Positions 22,673 through 35,733 are shown, counted from the stretch's first letter. The stretch: DNA of 64,000 nt from Alphaproteobacteria bacterium (GCA_965205265.1 CBDBGH010000003.1:4128001-4192000); one strand, 5' to 3'. The notes: generated by a model not told the origin, from the sequence alone. Translations and numbers: made by a program.

Positions 22673-23614
22673 ATGCAACCCCGGGAGCCTTCGCGGCCGC
22701 CGGGCCGGCTCCCGGATCGACGCACGATTCTCGCCCGCATGGACGGCGGCGAACGGCTGGGGCTCCTGCAACGGTCCGACCGCAAGGGACTCGCCCGTCT
22801 GGCGGGCCATCTGGCGGCTCTCGGGCTCACCGGAGCGCCGATTGCGCTGGAAGCGCCCGGCTGGCCGGTCCTGCTGCTGCCGCACGGCATCCTGCTGGCC
22901 TTCCTGTTCTGCCTGCTGCACGAGGCCGTGCACAGGACGCCGTTCCACAGCGGCTGGCTCAACACCGCCGCCGCCTGCGGAGTCGGGTTCGTCCTGTTCC
23001 TGCCGCCGGCCTGGTTCCGCCATTTCCACCTGGCGCATCACCGCCACACCCACGACCCGGAGCGCGACCCGGAACTGGCGCGGCCCCTGTCCCGGTCGAA
23101 GCGGGGCCTCGCCTGGCATGTCGCGGGCGGCGCTTACTGGACCCGGCAGGCGCGGATGCTGCTCGTCAATGCGGCGGGCCGGAACCGCGACGCTTTCGTG
23201 CCGGCTTCGGCGCGCAGTGCGGTGGCGCGCGAAGCCCGGTGGTTCCTCCTCCTCTATGCGGGCGCAGCGGCGGCCTCCGTCTATTTCGGCGCGACGGCCC
23301 TGCTGTGGCTATGGCTGCTGCCCGTCATGCTGGGACAGCCCTTCCTGCGCCTCTACCTGCTCGCCGAGCATACCGGCTGCCCGCATGTGCCCGACATGCT
23401 GCGCAACACGCGCACGACCTTCACCAATCCGCTGGTGCGCTTCTTCGCGTGGAACATGCCCTACCATGTGGAGCACCATGTCCTGCCCACGGTGCCGTTC
23501 CACAAGCTGCCGGCGTTCCACAGGATCCTGCGCGGCGACCTGACGGTCACCGCGAACGGCTACCCGGCCGCGGCGCGCGCCGCGGTCTCCGCCGTTCTGG
23601 AGGGGAGGGCTTAG
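22673..23614 (+). CDS. Membrane fatty-acid-desaturase family protein
   Basis: His boxes HEAVH, HLAHH, HVEHH; start uncertain. Confidence 0.85.
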   Translation: MQPREPSRPPGRLPDRRTILARMDGGERLGLLQRSDRKGLARLAGHLAALGLTGAPIALEAPGWPVLLLPHGILLAFLFCLLHEAVHRTPFHSGWLNTAAACGVGFVLFLPPAWFRHFHLAHHRHTHDPERDPELARPLSRSKRGLAWHVAGGAYWTRQARMLLVNAAGRNRDAFVPASARSAVAREARWFLLLYAGAAAASVYFGATALLWLWLLPVMLGQPFLRLYLLAEHTGCPHVPDMLRNTRTTFTNPLVRFFAWNMPYHVEHHVLPTVPFHKLPAFHRILRGDLTVTANGYPAAARAAVSAVLEGRA

Positions 23615-23622
23615 CCCCGGCG

Positions 23623-23961
23623 TCAGGCCGTCATGCCGGGCGTTTCGACGCCGTGTTCGTTCAGGAACCCCTGCAGTTCGCCCGCATCCCACATTTCGCG
23701 CACGATATCGCAGCCGCCGACGAACTCGCCCTTCACATAGAGCTGCGGGATGGTCGGCCAGCCGGTGAACTCCTTGATGCCCTGGCGGACTTCCATGTCC
23801 TCCAGCACGTTCACCGAATGGTATTTCACGCCCATATGGTTCAGCACGCCGGCCACCGCCGAGGAGAAGCCGCATTGCGGGAAGACGGGCGTGCCCTTCA
23901 TGAACAGCACGACATCGTTCCCGCTCACGGTTTCCTGGATGCTGGTCATCGCGTCGCTCAT
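23623..23961 (-). CDS. grxD: Monothiol glutaredoxin Grx4
   Basis: [25 protein letters not shown]. Confidence 0.95.
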   Translation of the reverse strand: MSDAMTSIQETVSGNDVVLFMKGTPVFPQCGFSSAVAGVLNHMGVKYHSVNVLEDMEVRQGIKEFTGWPTIPQLYVKGEFVGGCDIVREMWDAGELQGFLNEHGVETPGMTA

Positions 23962-23978
23962 GCGCCTTCTCCCGGTTT

Positions 23979-24218
23979 TCAAGCGGTTTCGGGGGCGGCG
24001 GTGCGCAGCGCGAGCGCGTGAAGTTCGCCCCCCATACGGCCCTGCAGGGCCCTGTAAACGATCTGGTGCTGCTGCACGCGCGACTTGCCGCGGAAGGCCT
24101 CCGAGACGACGCGGGCGGCATAGTGGTCGCCGTCGCCAGCGAGGTCCTCGATCGCGACCTCCGCATCGGGCAGCGCCTCGCGGATCAGGCGCTCGATTTC
24201 TTCCGCCTGCATGGGCAT
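23979..24218 (-). CDS. bolA: BolA family protein
   Basis: [23 protein letters not shown]. Confidence 0.92.
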   Translation of the reverse strand: MPMQAEEIERLIREALPDAEVAIEDLAGDGDHYAARVVSEAFRGKSRVQQHQIVYRALQGRMGGELHALALRTAAPETA

Positions 24219-24231
24219 TCGTCGCGTTCCC

Positions 24232-26400
24232 TCAGCCGCCGGCGATCCAGCCGGGCATCCACCCTTCATGCAGATCGCGCAGTTCGTCGAGCGATATGGA
24301 GGAGTGCCCCTCGACTGTCAATGCGCTGCCCCCCGTCCCGCCGATCGCGAGCGCCGGAACGCCCGCTGCGGCCGCGCGTTCCAGCACCTCTTCCGGGTCC
24401 CGGACGGCCAGCAGGTAGCGCGCCTGGTCCTCCCCGAACAGGCCTGCAAGCGCGTCGTCGAGCGGCGGGCGCAGCGCGGCCCCGACGCCGCCGGCCAGCG
24501 CCATTTCGGCCGCGGCGACCAGCAGCCCGCCGTCGGAGAGGTCGTGGCAGGCGGCGACCCGTCTGGCGCGGATTTCAGCGCGCACGAAGTCCCCGTTGCG
24601 CCGCTCGGCGGCGAGATCGACCGGCGGCGGCGGGCCCTCCTCGCGCCCCTCGACCGCCTCCAGCCAGAGCGAGCGGCCGAGATGGCCCTTCGTCTCGCCG
24701 ACCAGCACAAGCGCGAGGCCCGGCCCCGGCAGCGCCATGCCGGTCCGGCGGGAGAGGTCTTCCAGCAGCCCGACGGCGCCCACCACCGGCGTCGGCAGCA
24801 CGGCGCGGCCGTTGGTCTCGTTGTAGAGCGAGACATTGCCGGAGACGACCGGGATACCGAGCGCGCGGCAGGCCTCGCCCATGCCCTGCACGCAGCCCAC
24901 GAACTGCCCCATGACATCGGCGCGCTCCGGGTCCCCGAAATTCAGGTTGTCGGTAATCGCGAGCGGTTCGGCGCCGACCGCGGTCAGGTTGCGCCACGCC
25001 TCGGCGACCGCCTGCCGCCCGCCTTCCACCGGGTCGGCCAGGCAATAGCGCGGCGTGCAGTCGCTGGTGAGCGCGAGTCCGCGCCCCGTGCCGTGGATGC
25101 GGACCACCGCCGCATCGCCGCCGGGTCCGCCGACCGTGTCGGCCATCACCGTGTGGTCGTACTGCTCCCAGATCCAGCGCCGGGAGGCGCCCGCCGGACC
25201 GCCGAGGACGGTCCTGAGCGCCGCCATCGGATCGGCATTGCGGTGGGGCACCGGAACCGCCGGCGCGGGCGGCGTCGGCGTCCACGGCCGGTCGTATTCC
25301 GGCGCGCCGTCCGCCAGCGGCCGGATCGGCAGGTCGGCGGCGGGCCGCCCGTGCTGCGAGAGCACCATGCGGCCCGTGCCGGTCAGCCGGCCGATGACGG
25401 CGAATTCCAGCCCCCATTTCCGGAACACCGCTTCCGCCGTCTCCTCGCCGCCCGGACGGAGCACCATCAGCATCCGCTCCTGGCTCTCCGAGAGCATGAT
25501 CTCATAGGCCGACATGCCCTCCTCGCGCTGCGGCACCCGGTCGAGGTCGAGCGCCACCCCGAGGCCGCCCTTGGACGCCATCTCGAAGGCCGAGGAGGTG
25601 AGCCCGGCCGCGCCCATGTCCTGGATCGCGACAATGGCGTCCGTCGCCATGAGCTCGAGGCAGGCCTCGATCAGCAGCTTGCCGGTGAACGGGTCGCCCA
25701 CCTGCACGGTCGGGCGCTGCTGCTCGGCCTCGTCGTCGAAGGCGGCCGACGCCATGGTGGCCCCGTGGATGCCGTCGCGCCCGGTCCGCGAGCCGACATA
25801 GACGACGGCATTGCCGACGCCCGCGGCCGCCGAGCGGAACAGCCGGTCCGCAGGCGCAATGCCGACCGCCATGGCGTTGACCAGGATGTTGCCGTTATAG
25901 GCGGGGTGGAACGAGCATTCGCCGCCGACGGTCGGCACGCCGACGCAGTTGCCGTAGCCGCCGATCCCCGCGACCACCCCGGCCGCGAGCCGCCGCGTGG
26001 CCTCGTGGTCCGCCGCGCCGAAGCGCAGCGCATTCAGGATCGCGACCGGCCGCGCGCCCATGGTGAACACGTCGCGCAATATGCCGCCGACGCCCGTCGC
26101 CGCGCCCTGGTAGGGCTCGATGAAGGAGGGGTGGTTGTGGCTCTCCATCTTGAACACCGCTGCCAGCCCGCCGCCGATATCGACGGCGCCGGCGTTTTCC
26201 CCCGGTCCCTGGAGCACAAGAGGCCCTTCGGTCGGCAGCGTCCTCAGCCACTTCTTCGAGGACTTGTAGGAGCAGTGCTCGCTCCACATCGCGGCGAAAA
26301 TGCCAAGCTCCACCTCGTTGGGCCGGCGGCCGAGAATTTCCAGCACGCGCGCATATTCGTCCGGCGCGAGGCCGCCGTAATCTTCCCCGGGCGCGCTCAT
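24232..26400 (-). CDS. purL: FGAM synthase subunit PurL
   Basis: [29 protein letters not shown]. Confidence 0.97.
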   Translation of the reverse strand: MSAPGEDYGGLAPDEYARVLEILGRRPNEVELGIFAAMWSEHCSYKSSKKWLRTLPTEGPLVLQGPGENAGAVDIGGGLAAVFKMESHNHPSFIEPYQGAATGVGGILRDVFTMGARPVAILNALRFGAADHEATRRLAAGVVAGIGGYGNCVGVPTVGGECSFHPAYNGNILVNAMAVGIAPADRLFRSAAAGVGNAVVYVGSRTGRDGIHGATMASAAFDDEAEQQRPTVQVGDPFTGKLLIEACLELMATDAIVAIQDMGAAGLTSSAFEMASKGGLGVALDLDRVPQREEGMSAYEIMLSESQERMLMVLRPGGEETAEAVFRKWGLEFAVIGRLTGTGRMVLSQHGRPAADLPIRPLADGAPEYDRPWTPTPPAPAVPVPHRNADPMAALRTVLGGPAGASRRWIWEQYDHTVMADTVGGPGGDAAVVRIHGTGRGLALTSDCTPRYCLADPVEGGRQAVAEAWRNLTAVGAEPLAITDNLNFGDPERADVMGQFVGCVQGMGEACRALGIPVVSGNVSLYNETNGRAVLPTPVVGAVGLLEDLSRRTGMALPGPGLALVLVGETKGHLGRSLWLEAVEGREEGPPPPVDLAAERRNGDFVRAEIRARRVAACHDLSDGGLLVAAAEMALAGGVGAALRPPLDDALAGLFGEDQARYLLAVRDPEEVLERAAAAGVPALAIGGTGGSALTVEGHSSISLDELRDLHEGWMPGWIAGG

Positions 26401-27050
26401 GCGGCGAGCGATTCGAACAGGACGCGGCCGTCCGCGCCGCCGAGCAGCGCCTCGGCGGCACGCTCCGGATGCGGCATTATGCCGAGCACATTGCGGTCTT
26501 CGTTCAGGATGCCGGCAATGTCCCGGGCGGAGCCGTTGGGGTTGTCGAGATAGCGGAAGGCGATGCGGTCCTCGCCGGCGAGGCGCTCCAGCGTCCCGGC
26601 GTCGGCGAAATAATTGCCGTCATGATGCGCGACCGGCATTCTGAGCGCGTCGCCCGGCCTGTAGCCGCGGGTGAACGCGCTGTCCGCTGTCTCCACCCGG
26701 AGCCTCACGGGCCGGCAGACGAAGCGGAGCCCCGCATTGCGCAGGAGCGCACCCGGCAAGAGGCCGCATTCGGTCAGCACCTGGAAGCCGTTGCAGATGC
26801 CGAGCACCCGCACCCCCCGTTTCGCGGCCCGGATGACGGCCTGCAGGACGGGCGCGCGCGCGGCCATGGCGCCCGGCCGAAGGTAGTCGCCGTAGGAAAA
26901 GCCCCCCGGCAGCACCACGAGGTCCGCCGGCGGCAGTTCCGGGTCGCCGTGCCAGACCATGGCGACCGGGCGGCCGGTCGCCGCCTCGAGCGCCACCTTC
27001 GCGTCGCGGTCGCAGTTCGACCCCGGAAAGACGACGACAACCGCCTTCAT
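26397..27050 (-). CDS. purQ: FGAM synthase glutaminase subunit PurQ
   Basis: [30 protein letters not shown]. Confidence 0.97.
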   Translation of the reverse strand: MKAVVVVFPGSNCDRDAKVALEAATGRPVAMVWHGDPELPPADLVVLPGGFSYGDYLRPGAMAARAPVLQAVIRAAKRGVRVLGICNGFQVLTECGLLPGALLRNAGLRFVCRPVRLRVETADSAFTRGYRPGDALRMPVAHHDGNYFADAGTLERLAGEDRIAFRYLDNPNGSARDIAGILNEDRNVLGIMPHPERAAEALLGGADGRVLFESLAA

Positions 27051-27286
27051 GCGATCTCGATCGTGTAGTCCTCGATGACCGGGTTGGCGAGCAGGCGCTC
27101 GCACATGGCCGCAAGCGCGGCCTCCGCGGCGGCCGGGTCGGATTCCGCGAGCTCCAGCTCGATCACCTTGCCCTGGCGGGCCGCCGCCACGCCCTCGAAG
27201 CCGAGCCCCGCCAGCGCCTGCGCGACCGCCTTGCCCTGCGGGTCGAGCACGCCGGCGCGGGGCACGACCAGCACCCGCGCCTTCAT
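27047..27286 (-). CDS. purS: FGAM synthase subunit PurS
   Basis: [16 protein letters not shown]. Confidence 0.95.
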   Translation of the reverse strand: MKARVLVVPRAGVLDPQGKAVAQALAGLGFEGVAAARQGKVIELELAESDPAAAEAALAAMCERLLANPVIEDYTIEIA

Positions 27287-28041
27287 GCGCTCGCCTTCGG
27301 CAGGGGCTCGACGTTGCTTTCCTGGAGGATGCCGAGACGCCGGGCCACCTCCCGGTAGGCCTCCGCGACATCGCCCATGTCGCGCCGGAACCGGTCCTTG
27401 TCCAGCACCTCGTTGGTCTGCAGGTCCCAGAGGCGGCAGCTGTCGGGGCTGATTTCGTCGGCCAGCACGATCCGCACGTCCTCATGGGTGTAGAGGCGCC
27501 CGAATTCCACCTTGAAGTCGATCAGGCGAAGGCCCGCGCCGAGGAACAGCCCGCTCAGATAGTCGTTCACCCTGAGCGCCAGGTTGAAGATGTCGTCGAG
27601 GTCCTGCGGCGAGGCCCAGCCGAAGGCGGTGATGTGCTCTTCGGTCACCATCGGGTCGTCGAGCTCGTCGTTCTTGTAATAGTACTCGACGATGGACCGG
27701 GGCAGCGGCGTGCCTTCCTCGATCTTGAAGCGCGACGCCAGCGACCCGGCGGCGATGTTCCGCACCACCACCTCGACCGGAATGATCTCGACCTCGCGGA
27801 TCAGCTGCTCGCGCATGTTCAGCCGGCGCACGAAATGGGTCGGAATGCCCATCTCCTGCAGCCGGACCATCAGATATTCGGAAATCCGGTTGTTCAGCAC
27901 CCCCTTGCCGGAGATCGTGGCTTTCTTGCGGTTGTTGAAGGCGGTTGCGTCGTCCTTGAAATACTGGACGAGCGTTCCGGGCTCGGGGCCTTCGTAGAGA
28001 ACCTTGGCCTTGCCCTCGTAGATGCGTTTGCGTCTTGCCAT
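27283..28041 (-). CDS. purC: SAICAR synthetase
   Basis: [33 protein letters not shown]. Confidence 0.97.
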   Translation of the reverse strand: MARRKRIYEGKAKVLYEGPEPGTLVQYFKDDATAFNNRKKATISGKGVLNNRISEYLMVRLQEMGIPTHFVRRLNMREQLIREVEIIPVEVVVRNIAAGSLASRFKIEEGTPLPRSIVEYYYKNDELDDPMVTEEHITAFGWASPQDLDDIFNLALRVNDYLSGLFLGAGLRLIDFKVEFGRLYTHEDVRIVLADEISPDSCRLWDLQTNEVLDKDRFRRDMGDVAEAYREVARRLGILQESNVEPLPKASA

Positions 28042-28107
28042 GGGTGTCCACCGAATGCCGCCCGACGGAGGACCGGCAAAGCGCCGGACCCGCGGGCCGC
28101 CGAATCC

Positions 28108-28136
28108 GATATAGCAATCCCGGCGCTTCTTCTCAA
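28108..28136 (-). promoter_or_regulatory. Putative promoter of the pur cluster
   Basis: TTGAGA-N17-TATATC on the minus strand. Confidence 0.5.
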
Positions 28137-28882
28137 TGAAGCTCTGTGTAACCGCCGGTTTCGGGCCATGAGCGGGCGAAACGCCAGACGGGCCGGGCGC
28201 CGGCGCCGGCCGGCAGGGCGAGCAGGGCGCGCGACACGGTGGCGAAGCCCCAGCCGGTGCGCACATGCATGGCGCCGTTGGGGTCGGACACGCCGGGGGC
28301 GGTCTCCTCCGACAGGAGCAGGCGTTCCCACTCGGCCCAGCCGTCCGGCGCATCCGGGTCCGGAGGCCGGGCGGCCTCGAACCGGGGCAGGTAACGGTCG
28401 ATGCGCTCCGACGCCGCGCGGTCGTTCAGGTCCGAGGCGGTCAGCATGGAAAGGCCGGGCGCAAGCGCATGCGCCGATACGCCGCGCCCGCCCGCATGGC
28501 GGATCCAGAAAGCGTCCTCGCGGTCCGCCACCAGCATGTTGAAGCTGCGATAGGCGCGCCCGTCCACCTCCGTCATGGCGGCCGCTGCGTCTTCCGCCGT
28601 GTCGCGGTCGAGCGCCTCCAGCACCAGCGCGCCGCGCGTGCGCTTGCCTGCTTCGGGCCCGAGCGAGCCGCGCCGGTTGAGGATGGCCGCCGCGACGCCC
28701 GCTTCGTTCAGCCCCATCCAGCTTCCGCCCGCCTCCTCGTCGAGGCCGGCGAGCACGCCCGGCCGGTCCGGCCAGTGGCGGGCCGGCGGCCGCCAGGGGC
28801 GGTCCACGGCTTCGTCGCGATTGGCGGCGATGATCGCGGGCCAGGCATGGCCGGGCCTGCGGAGCAGGACGACAGTGCACAT
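28133..28882 (-). CDS. NRDE/TANGO2 family protein
   Basis: MCT..AANRDE, GGSWMG, FATVS. Confidence 0.88.
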   Translation of the reverse strand: MCTVVLLRRPGHAWPAIIAANRDEAVDRPWRPPARHWPDRPGVLAGLDEEAGGSWMGLNEAGVAAAILNRRGSLGPEAGKRTRGALVLEALDRDTAEDAAAAMTEVDGRAYRSFNMLVADREDAFWIRHAGGRGVSAHALAPGLSMLTASDLNDRAASERIDRYLPRFEAARPPDPDAPDGWAEWERLLLSEETAPGVSDPNGAMHVRTGWGFATVSRALLALPAGAGARPVWRFARSWPETGGYTELH

Positions 28883-28965
28883 GGAGGCTATGCAAATCCG
28901 GAGCGGGACCGGATATATATCGCCCGCAACCCGCCCGACCAAGCTAGCTCAAGGGGATGACCCGC

Positions 28966-29286
28966 ATGGCGACCTTCGCAGACCGCGAAAAGCAGTTCGA
29001 GACCAAATACAGCCACGACGAGGAGCTGCGCTTCAAGGTGCAGGCGCGGCGCAACCGGCTGTTCGGCGAGTGGGCGGGCGCGCAATGGGGGCTCGACGGC
29101 GAGGACCTGCAGGCCTACGCCCGCAGTGTGGTCCAGTCGGATTTCGACCGTCCGGGCGACGAGGATGTGCTGGACAAGGTGCTGGCCGACCTCAAGGCCC
29201 AGGGCATAGAGACCGACGCCCGCCGGCTGCGCAACCGCATGGAGGAGCTGCTCCAGGAGGCCAAGACGCAGATCATGGCGGAGTAG
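28966..29286 (+). CDS. DUF1476, F1Fo-ATPase zeta inhibitor subunit
   Basis: TFADREKQFETKYSHDEELRFK..ARRNRL. Confidence 0.9.
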   Translation: MATFADREKQFETKYSHDEELRFKVQARRNRLFGEWAGAQWGLDGEDLQAYARSVVQSDFDRPGDEDVLDKVLADLKAQGIETDARRLRNRMEELLQEAKTQIMAE

Positions 29287-29330
29287 CGCCGCCGGCTCCT
29301 TCCTCTTCTCCCTCGCCTGCTCCTTATCTT

Positions 29331-30754
<1,424 letters not shown>

Positions 30755-30817
30755 CCGACAACACAGTCGCTCCCCCGCAAGCGGGAGAGGGGAAGAAAGG
30801 AGCAGGGCAGACACGAT

Positions 30818-30935
30818 CCTATGCCCGAAACAGCCACAGCATATGCGCCCACGACATGCAGAACATGACATCCCATGACACATCGCACGGGGGTCCCGCC
30901 GGCCCGCATGACGAAACATGACATCCCATGACATG
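30818..30935. repeat. Dispersed repeat copy 1, with tandem catgac motifs
   Basis: 30818-30880 matches 58388-58450 at 53/63 nt. Confidence 0.7.
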
Positions 30936-30972
30936 CCGCGCCCGTCCCCCGCCGCCGCATGCCGGGCGGGCG

Positions 30973-32523
30973 TCACTTGCGGGTGGCGCGGGCCAGCGCC
31001 CAGGCGGGCAGCAGGGCGAGCACGAACAGGAGCGCCATCGCCAGGAAGCCGTCCTGGAAGGAGAAGGCGGTGGCCTGCGCGAACACGGCCTGGCCCAGCC
31101 AGTCGAGCGCCGCCTGCCGGGTCTCCGCTTCCGGCAGGCCGGCGGGGCCGAGCAGCCTGCCGAGCGCCGCCAGCAGGTCGCGCGAGGCGGCGTTGTCGGG
31201 GGTCTGCGTCGCGGCCAGGGCTTGCGCATGGACCAGCATGCGCGATTCCAGCACCAGCACGATCACCCCGGTGCCGGTGCCGCCGCCGAGCTGGCGGAAG
31301 AAGTTGATCGCGTCGCCCGCCTGGTTGAGCCGGTCCTGCGGGAGCGCCGAGAGCGCCGCCGTCATCAGCGCCGGATTGATCCAGGCCATGCCGAAGCGGC
31401 TGATGCCGGCGAAGAAGACGAGCGACCAGTAAGGCGTGTTCGCGTCCGCGACCGAGAGCAGCGCCGTGCCGGCGGCGAAGAGGAGCAGCCCGCCCATGAC
31501 CGGGATCCAGACCGGCATAACGTCCGAGGCGCGGCCCGTCAGCGGCAGCATCGCCATGACCAGCAGGCTCGCCGGCAGCAGCAGCAGGCCCGCCTCGGTC
31601 GCGGACTGGTTCTGCACGAGCTGGCCGAACACGGGGATGGCGTAGCTGGTGGCGAAATTGCCGGCGCCGAACACCACCGCGATGGCGACCGCCGAGGCGA
31701 ACGCCCGGTTGCGGAGCAGCGAGAGGTCCAGCAGCGAGGCGCCCGGGCGCATCTGCGAGGCGAGGAAGAGCGCGCCGGCGGCGAGGCCGAGCGCCGACTG
31801 GAACAGGATCGCATCCGAGGTCCACCCGAGGCGCAGCCCGGTCGAGAGCACGGACATGAGGCAGAAGAGGGCCGTGCAGAGCAGCGCATAGCCCCACCAG
31901 TCGAAGCGCGGGAACGGCGGGCGCGGCCGGGCCTGCGGCATGAACACCAGGCCGAGGAAGAAGGAGAGGGCCACGAAGGGCAGCGTCACGATGAAGATAT
32001 GGCGCCAGGACAGCAGGTCTATGGTGACGCCGCCGACGACCGGCCCGATGCCGAGCGCCAGCGCCAAGGCCATCGTATAGACGCCCATCGCCATACCGCG
32101 CCGGTTGGCCGGGAACACCTGGAAGACGGTCACCATCACCAGCGGCTGCACCACGCCCGAGGCGAAGCCCTGGATCACCCGCCCGGCGATGATGAAGTCG
32201 AGCGTCGGGCCGAAGGCCGCCATCAGCCCGCCCAGGAAGAAGAGCGCGATGACCATGAGGAAACTGTGCCGCTGGCCGAAGCGCGCGACGAACCAGGCGT
32301 TCAGGAGCTGGCTCGCCGTCATGGAGACGATGAAGCCGGTGGTCAGCAATTGCGCCCGGTCCTGCCCGACGCCGTAGGCGCCCATCACATCGGGCACGGC
32401 CACCGCCACCACCGTGCCGGTCAGCACCATGGTGAAGGACGCCGTCATGCCGGTGAAGGTCGCGAGCCACCGATAGGCCGGGCCGAACCGGGCGTAGAGG
32501 GTCTCGACGGTCTCTTCGGTCAA
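30973..32523 (-). CDS. DHA2 (EmrB/QacA) MFS efflux permease
   Basis: About 14 TMs; GRVIQG, IGPVVGG, WRHIF, FRQLGG. Confidence 0.9.
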   Translation of the reverse strand: MTEETVETLYARFGPAYRWLATFTGMTASFTMVLTGTVVAVAVPDVMGAYGVGQDRAQLLTTGFIVSMTASQLLNAWFVARFGQRHSFLMVIALFFLGGLMAAFGPTLDFIIAGRVIQGFASGVVQPLVMVTVFQVFPANRRGMAMGVYTMALALALGIGPVVGGVTIDLLSWRHIFIVTLPFVALSFFLGLVFMPQARPRPPFPRFDWWGYALLCTALFCLMSVLSTGLRLGWTSDAILFQSALGLAAGALFLASQMRPGASLLDLSLLRNRAFASAVAIAVVFGAGNFATSYAIPVFGQLVQNQSATEAGLLLLPASLLVMAMLPLTGRASDVMPVWIPVMGGLLLFAAGTALLSVADANTPYWSLVFFAGISRFGMAWINPALMTAALSALPQDRLNQAGDAINFFRQLGGGTGTGVIVLVLESRMLVHAQALAATQTPDNAASRDLLAALGRLLGPAGLPEAETRQAALDWLGQAVFAQATAFSFQDGFLAMALLFVLALLPAWALARATRK

Positions 32524-32563
32524 CCGCGCATGTCCGGGCCGCGCGGACGGCGGGCGGCGCCCG

Positions 32564-33592
32564 TCACCCGCGCGCCCCGGCGAAGCCCCCGAGGAATGCG
32601 GAGAGGTTGGCGCCGAGCGCCTCCAGGTTGTAGCCGCCCTCCTGCACCAGCACGGTCGGCAGGGCGAGCGCGCCGATCCGCCGGCCGATCTCGCCGAAGC
32701 CCGGCGTGGTCACGCGCAGCACGCCGATGGGGTCGGCCTCGAAGGCGTCGAAGCCGGTGGAGACCAGCAGCGCCTCCGGCGCGAAATGGCGGACCGCCTC
32801 CAGCGCCTCGTCCAGCGCCGCGAGGAACGCCGCATCGTCCGCGCCGGGCGGTTGCGGCAGGTTGAGGTTGTAGCCGCGCCCGTCGCCCTCGCCGATCTCG
32901 CCCGCGTAGCCGGCGAAGAAGGGGAAATAGTCGGCCGGGTCGCCGTGCAGCGAGACGAACAGCACGTCCCGCCGGCGGTAAAATATGCCCTGCGTGCCGT
33001 TGCCGTGGTGGACGTCGAAATCGAGGATCGCGACCCGGCTACGCTCGCGGCGCATGTATTCGGCGGCGATCGCGATGTTGTTCAGGTAGCAGAAGCCGCC
33101 GGCAAGGTCGGAGAAGGCATGGTGGCCCGGCGGGCGGCAGAGCGCATAGGCGGCGTCCTCGCCGTCGAGCACGAGGCGCGCGGCATGGGTTGCGGCATGG
33201 GCCGCGGCCGTCGCCGCCTCCCAGCTGCCCTCGACGATGGGCGCGCTGCCGGTCGCCATGTAGTAGCCGGCCTGGCCCTCTATGCCGCTCGGGCGCCCGT
33301 GCATGTGGCGGCCCGGATGGGCGTAGGGCTGCACCGCCGGCGTCGGGTCGGGGAGCTTCCGCCAGCGTATCCAGGCGTTCTCCAGAAAGGCGAGATAGCC
33401 CGGATCGTGGACGGCGGCCCTCGGCGCGCGGCCGTAGTCCGGCGGCTCGACGACCTCATGGCCGTCCGCCCTGACCGCCGCGAGCAGCCGCTCCGCCCGC
33501 GCCGCCACCTCCCAGTGCGGCACTTCCACGCCGCGCGTCAGGATGGTCGGCGGCCTGTGGCGCTCATGCGCCGGGGTATAGACGGTTTTCAC
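32564..33592 (-). CDS. Histone-deacetylase family (acetylpolyamine amidohydrolase-like)
   Basis: RPPGHHA, GGFCYLNN, DFDVHHGNGTQ, QEGGY. Confidence 0.92.
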   Translation of the reverse strand: MKTVYTPAHERHRPPTILTRGVEVPHWEVAARAERLLAAVRADGHEVVEPPDYGRAPRAAVHDPGYLAFLENAWIRWRKLPDPTPAVQPYAHPGRHMHGRPSGIEGQAGYYMATGSAPIVEGSWEAATAAAHAATHAARLVLDGEDAAYALCRPPGHHAFSDLAGGFCYLNNIAIAAEYMRRERSRVAILDFDVHHGNGTQGIFYRRRDVLFVSLHGDPADYFPFFAGYAGEIGEGDGRGYNLNLPQPPGADDAAFLAALDEALEAVRHFAPEALLVSTGFDAFEADPIGVLRVTTPGFGEIGRRIGALALPTVLVQEGGYNLEALGANLSAFLGGFAGARG

Positions 33593-33676
33593 GGCAGGCC
33601 CTCCCCGCCCGGCAGCCTAGCAGTCCGGTCGGGGTGCGAGGAAGAGCCGCCTCGGCCGGTGCGCCGGACCGCCCTG

Positions 33677-34687
33677 CTACTCCGCCACCCTGACGCACAT
33701 CTTGCCGAAATTGTCGCCGTGGAAGAGGCCGATGAAAGCGCCGGGGGCGGCCTCCAGGCCCTCGACCACGGTCTCGCGCCAGCGGAGCTGGCCCTTGCGG
33801 ATCCAGCCGCCGACATCCCTGAGGAAGTCGTCGGTGCGCTCGCGGTGGTCGGAGACGATGAAGCCCTGCATGCGCAGCCGCCGCCCGACCACGAGGAACA
33901 GGTTGTTGGGGCCCGGCCTCGGCGCGCTGTCGTTGTAGCCCGCGATCATGCCGCAGGCGACGATGCGGCCGAAGAAGTTCATCAGCGAGAGCGCGGCCTG
34001 CAGGTGCTCGCCGCCCACATTCTCGAAATAGACGTCGATGCCGTCCGGGCAGGCGGCGGCGAGCGCGGCCTCCAGGTCCCCGCAGGTCCTGTAGTTGATC
34101 GCGGCGTCCACCCCGGCCTCGTCGCGCAGCCAGGCGCATTTTTCGTCCGAGCCGGCGGAGCCCACCACCCGGCAGCCATTGAGCTTTGCGATCTGGCAGA
34201 CGACCGCGCCGACAGCGCCCGAGGCCGCCGAGACGAACACCGTCTCGCCCTCCTTCGGCCGGCCGATGTCGAGCAGGCCGACATAGGCCGTCTGGCCGGG
34301 CATGCCGAGCACGCCGATATTGGCCTGGAGCGGCGCGATGTCGGGATCGACGGCCCGGAGCGCCTTGCCGTCGGCGGCATGGTAGTCGCGCCAGCCGCCG
34401 CCCGTGCCGAAGACATGGGCGCCCGCGGGGAAGCGCCCGCCCTTCGACTCCTCGACGCGCCCGACGAAATAGCCGTCCAGCGGTTCCCCGATCTGGAAGG
34501 GCGGCGCATAGCTCTTCCGGTCGCTGATGCGCCCGCGGATATAGGGATCGACGGACATCCAGAGCGTGCGGACCAGCATCTCGCCGTCGCCCGCGACCGG
34601 CATGGGTGCGGTCTCCAGGGCGAAATTCTCGGGCGCCGGCAGGCCGACGGGCCGGCTTTTCAGGACGATCTGGCGGTTCTCGGTCAT
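33677..34687 (-). CDS. NADP-dependent oxidoreductase (CurA/prostaglandin reductase-like MDR)
   Basis: SVDPY.RGR, GMPGQTAY, SAASGAVG, YFENVGG. Confidence 0.92.
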   Translation of the reverse strand: MTENRQIVLKSRPVGLPAPENFALETAPMPVAGDGEMLVRTLWMSVDPYIRGRISDRKSYAPPFQIGEPLDGYFVGRVEESKGGRFPAGAHVFGTGGGWRDYHAADGKALRAVDPDIAPLQANIGVLGMPGQTAYVGLLDIGRPKEGETVFVSAASGAVGAVVCQIAKLNGCRVVGSAGSDEKCAWLRDEAGVDAAINYRTCGDLEAALAAACPDGIDVYFENVGGEHLQAALSLMNFFGRIVACGMIAGYNDSAPRPGPNNLFLVVGRRLRMQGFIVSDHRERTDDFLRDVGGWIRKGQLRWRETVVEGLEAAPGAFIGLFHGDNFGKMCVRVAE

Positions 34688-34839
34688 CGGACATCCCTCC
34701 TCTCGGGCGGCGGGAAACATGCCTTCACAGAGCAACGAAGGCAAGAATGAAGCCTTGGCTTTATTTTTCTGCCTTGCATGCAGTTTTATGTCCGGGCGGG
34801 AGATTGCCGTCGGGGCATATCCATGCCATTTTCTCCGTC

Positions 34840-35733
34840 ATGCGCAGGCTTATGGCATTGCTCCTCGCCCTGCCGGCCCTTGCCGCGCCGCCCGTCTCCG
34901 CGGCGATAGACCGGGGACCGGTCGCCACCATCGCCATGATCGCCGAGCCGCTCGGCATCGAAAGCCTGATGGGACCCGGCGTGGACCCGCATCTTTACAA
35001 GCTGACGCGCACCGACATCGCCCGGCTGATCGAGGCTCCGCATCTCCTCTATTGCGGCCTCGGCCTGGAAGGAAAGATGCTGGACGCCTTCGAGCGCCTC
35101 GCCGCGTCCGGCAAGCCCGCCACAGCCGTCTGCGAAGCGGTGCCCGAAGCGAAACGCCTGCAGGCCGCTGCTGGCTATGCGGGCGCTGCGGACCCGCATC
35201 TGTGGATGGACCCCACGCTCTGGGCGGGGGCGCTGCAGGTCGCCGCCGACCGGCTCGGCATGCCGGCCCCGGACGGGTTCGAACGGCTCGACGCCTATGC
35301 GCGCGCCAGCATGGAAAGCATCCCGGCGCAAGCGCGCGTGCTGGTCACCGCGCATGACGCGTTTGCCTATTTCGGCCGCCGCTACGGGCTGAAGGTCGTG
35401 GGCATACAGGGCGTCAACACCGAGTCCGAGGCGGGACTCCGCGCCATCGAGGCGGCGGTCGAGACCGTCGTCGCGCGCAGGCTGCCTGCGGTCTTCGTCG
35501 AATCCACCGTCTCCGACCGCAATGTCCGCGCCATCGTGGAGGGCGCGGCGGCGCGCGGGCACCGGGTCGCGATCGGCGGGCGGCTGTTCTCGGACGCAAT
35601 GGGGCCGGAAGGGACCTATGAAGGGACCTATATCGGCATGATCGACCACAATGTCACCACCATCGCGCGGGCGCTCGGCGGCATTGCGCCGGCACGCGGG
35701 ATGCAGGGAAGGCTCCGGGCCCGTGACCGCTGA
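34840..35733 (+). CDS. Mn/Zn/Fe ABC substrate-binding protein (TroA-like)
   Basis: GVDPHLY, DPHLW, TAHDAF.YF, FVES, FSDAMG. Confidence 0.9.
   Translation: MRRLMALLLALPALAAPPVSAAIDRGPVATIAMIAEPLGIESLMGPGVDPHLYKLTRTDIARLIEAPHLLYCGLGLEGKMLDAFERLAASGKPATAVCEAVPEAKRLQAAAGYAGAADPHLWMDPTLWAGALQVAADRLGMPAPDGFERLDAYARASMESIPAQARVLVTAHDAFAYFGRRYGLKVVGIQGVNTESEAGLRAIEAAVETVVARRLPAVFVESTVSDRNVRAIVEGAAARGHRVAIGGRLFSDAMGPEGTYEGTYIGMIDHNVTTIARALGGIAPARGMQGRLRARDR

Noticed and set aside
34761-34790. Possible metal-regulator box upstream of the TroA-like gene
   Set aside because: AT-rich but no clean palindrome matching a Zur/Mur/MntR consensus that I can support
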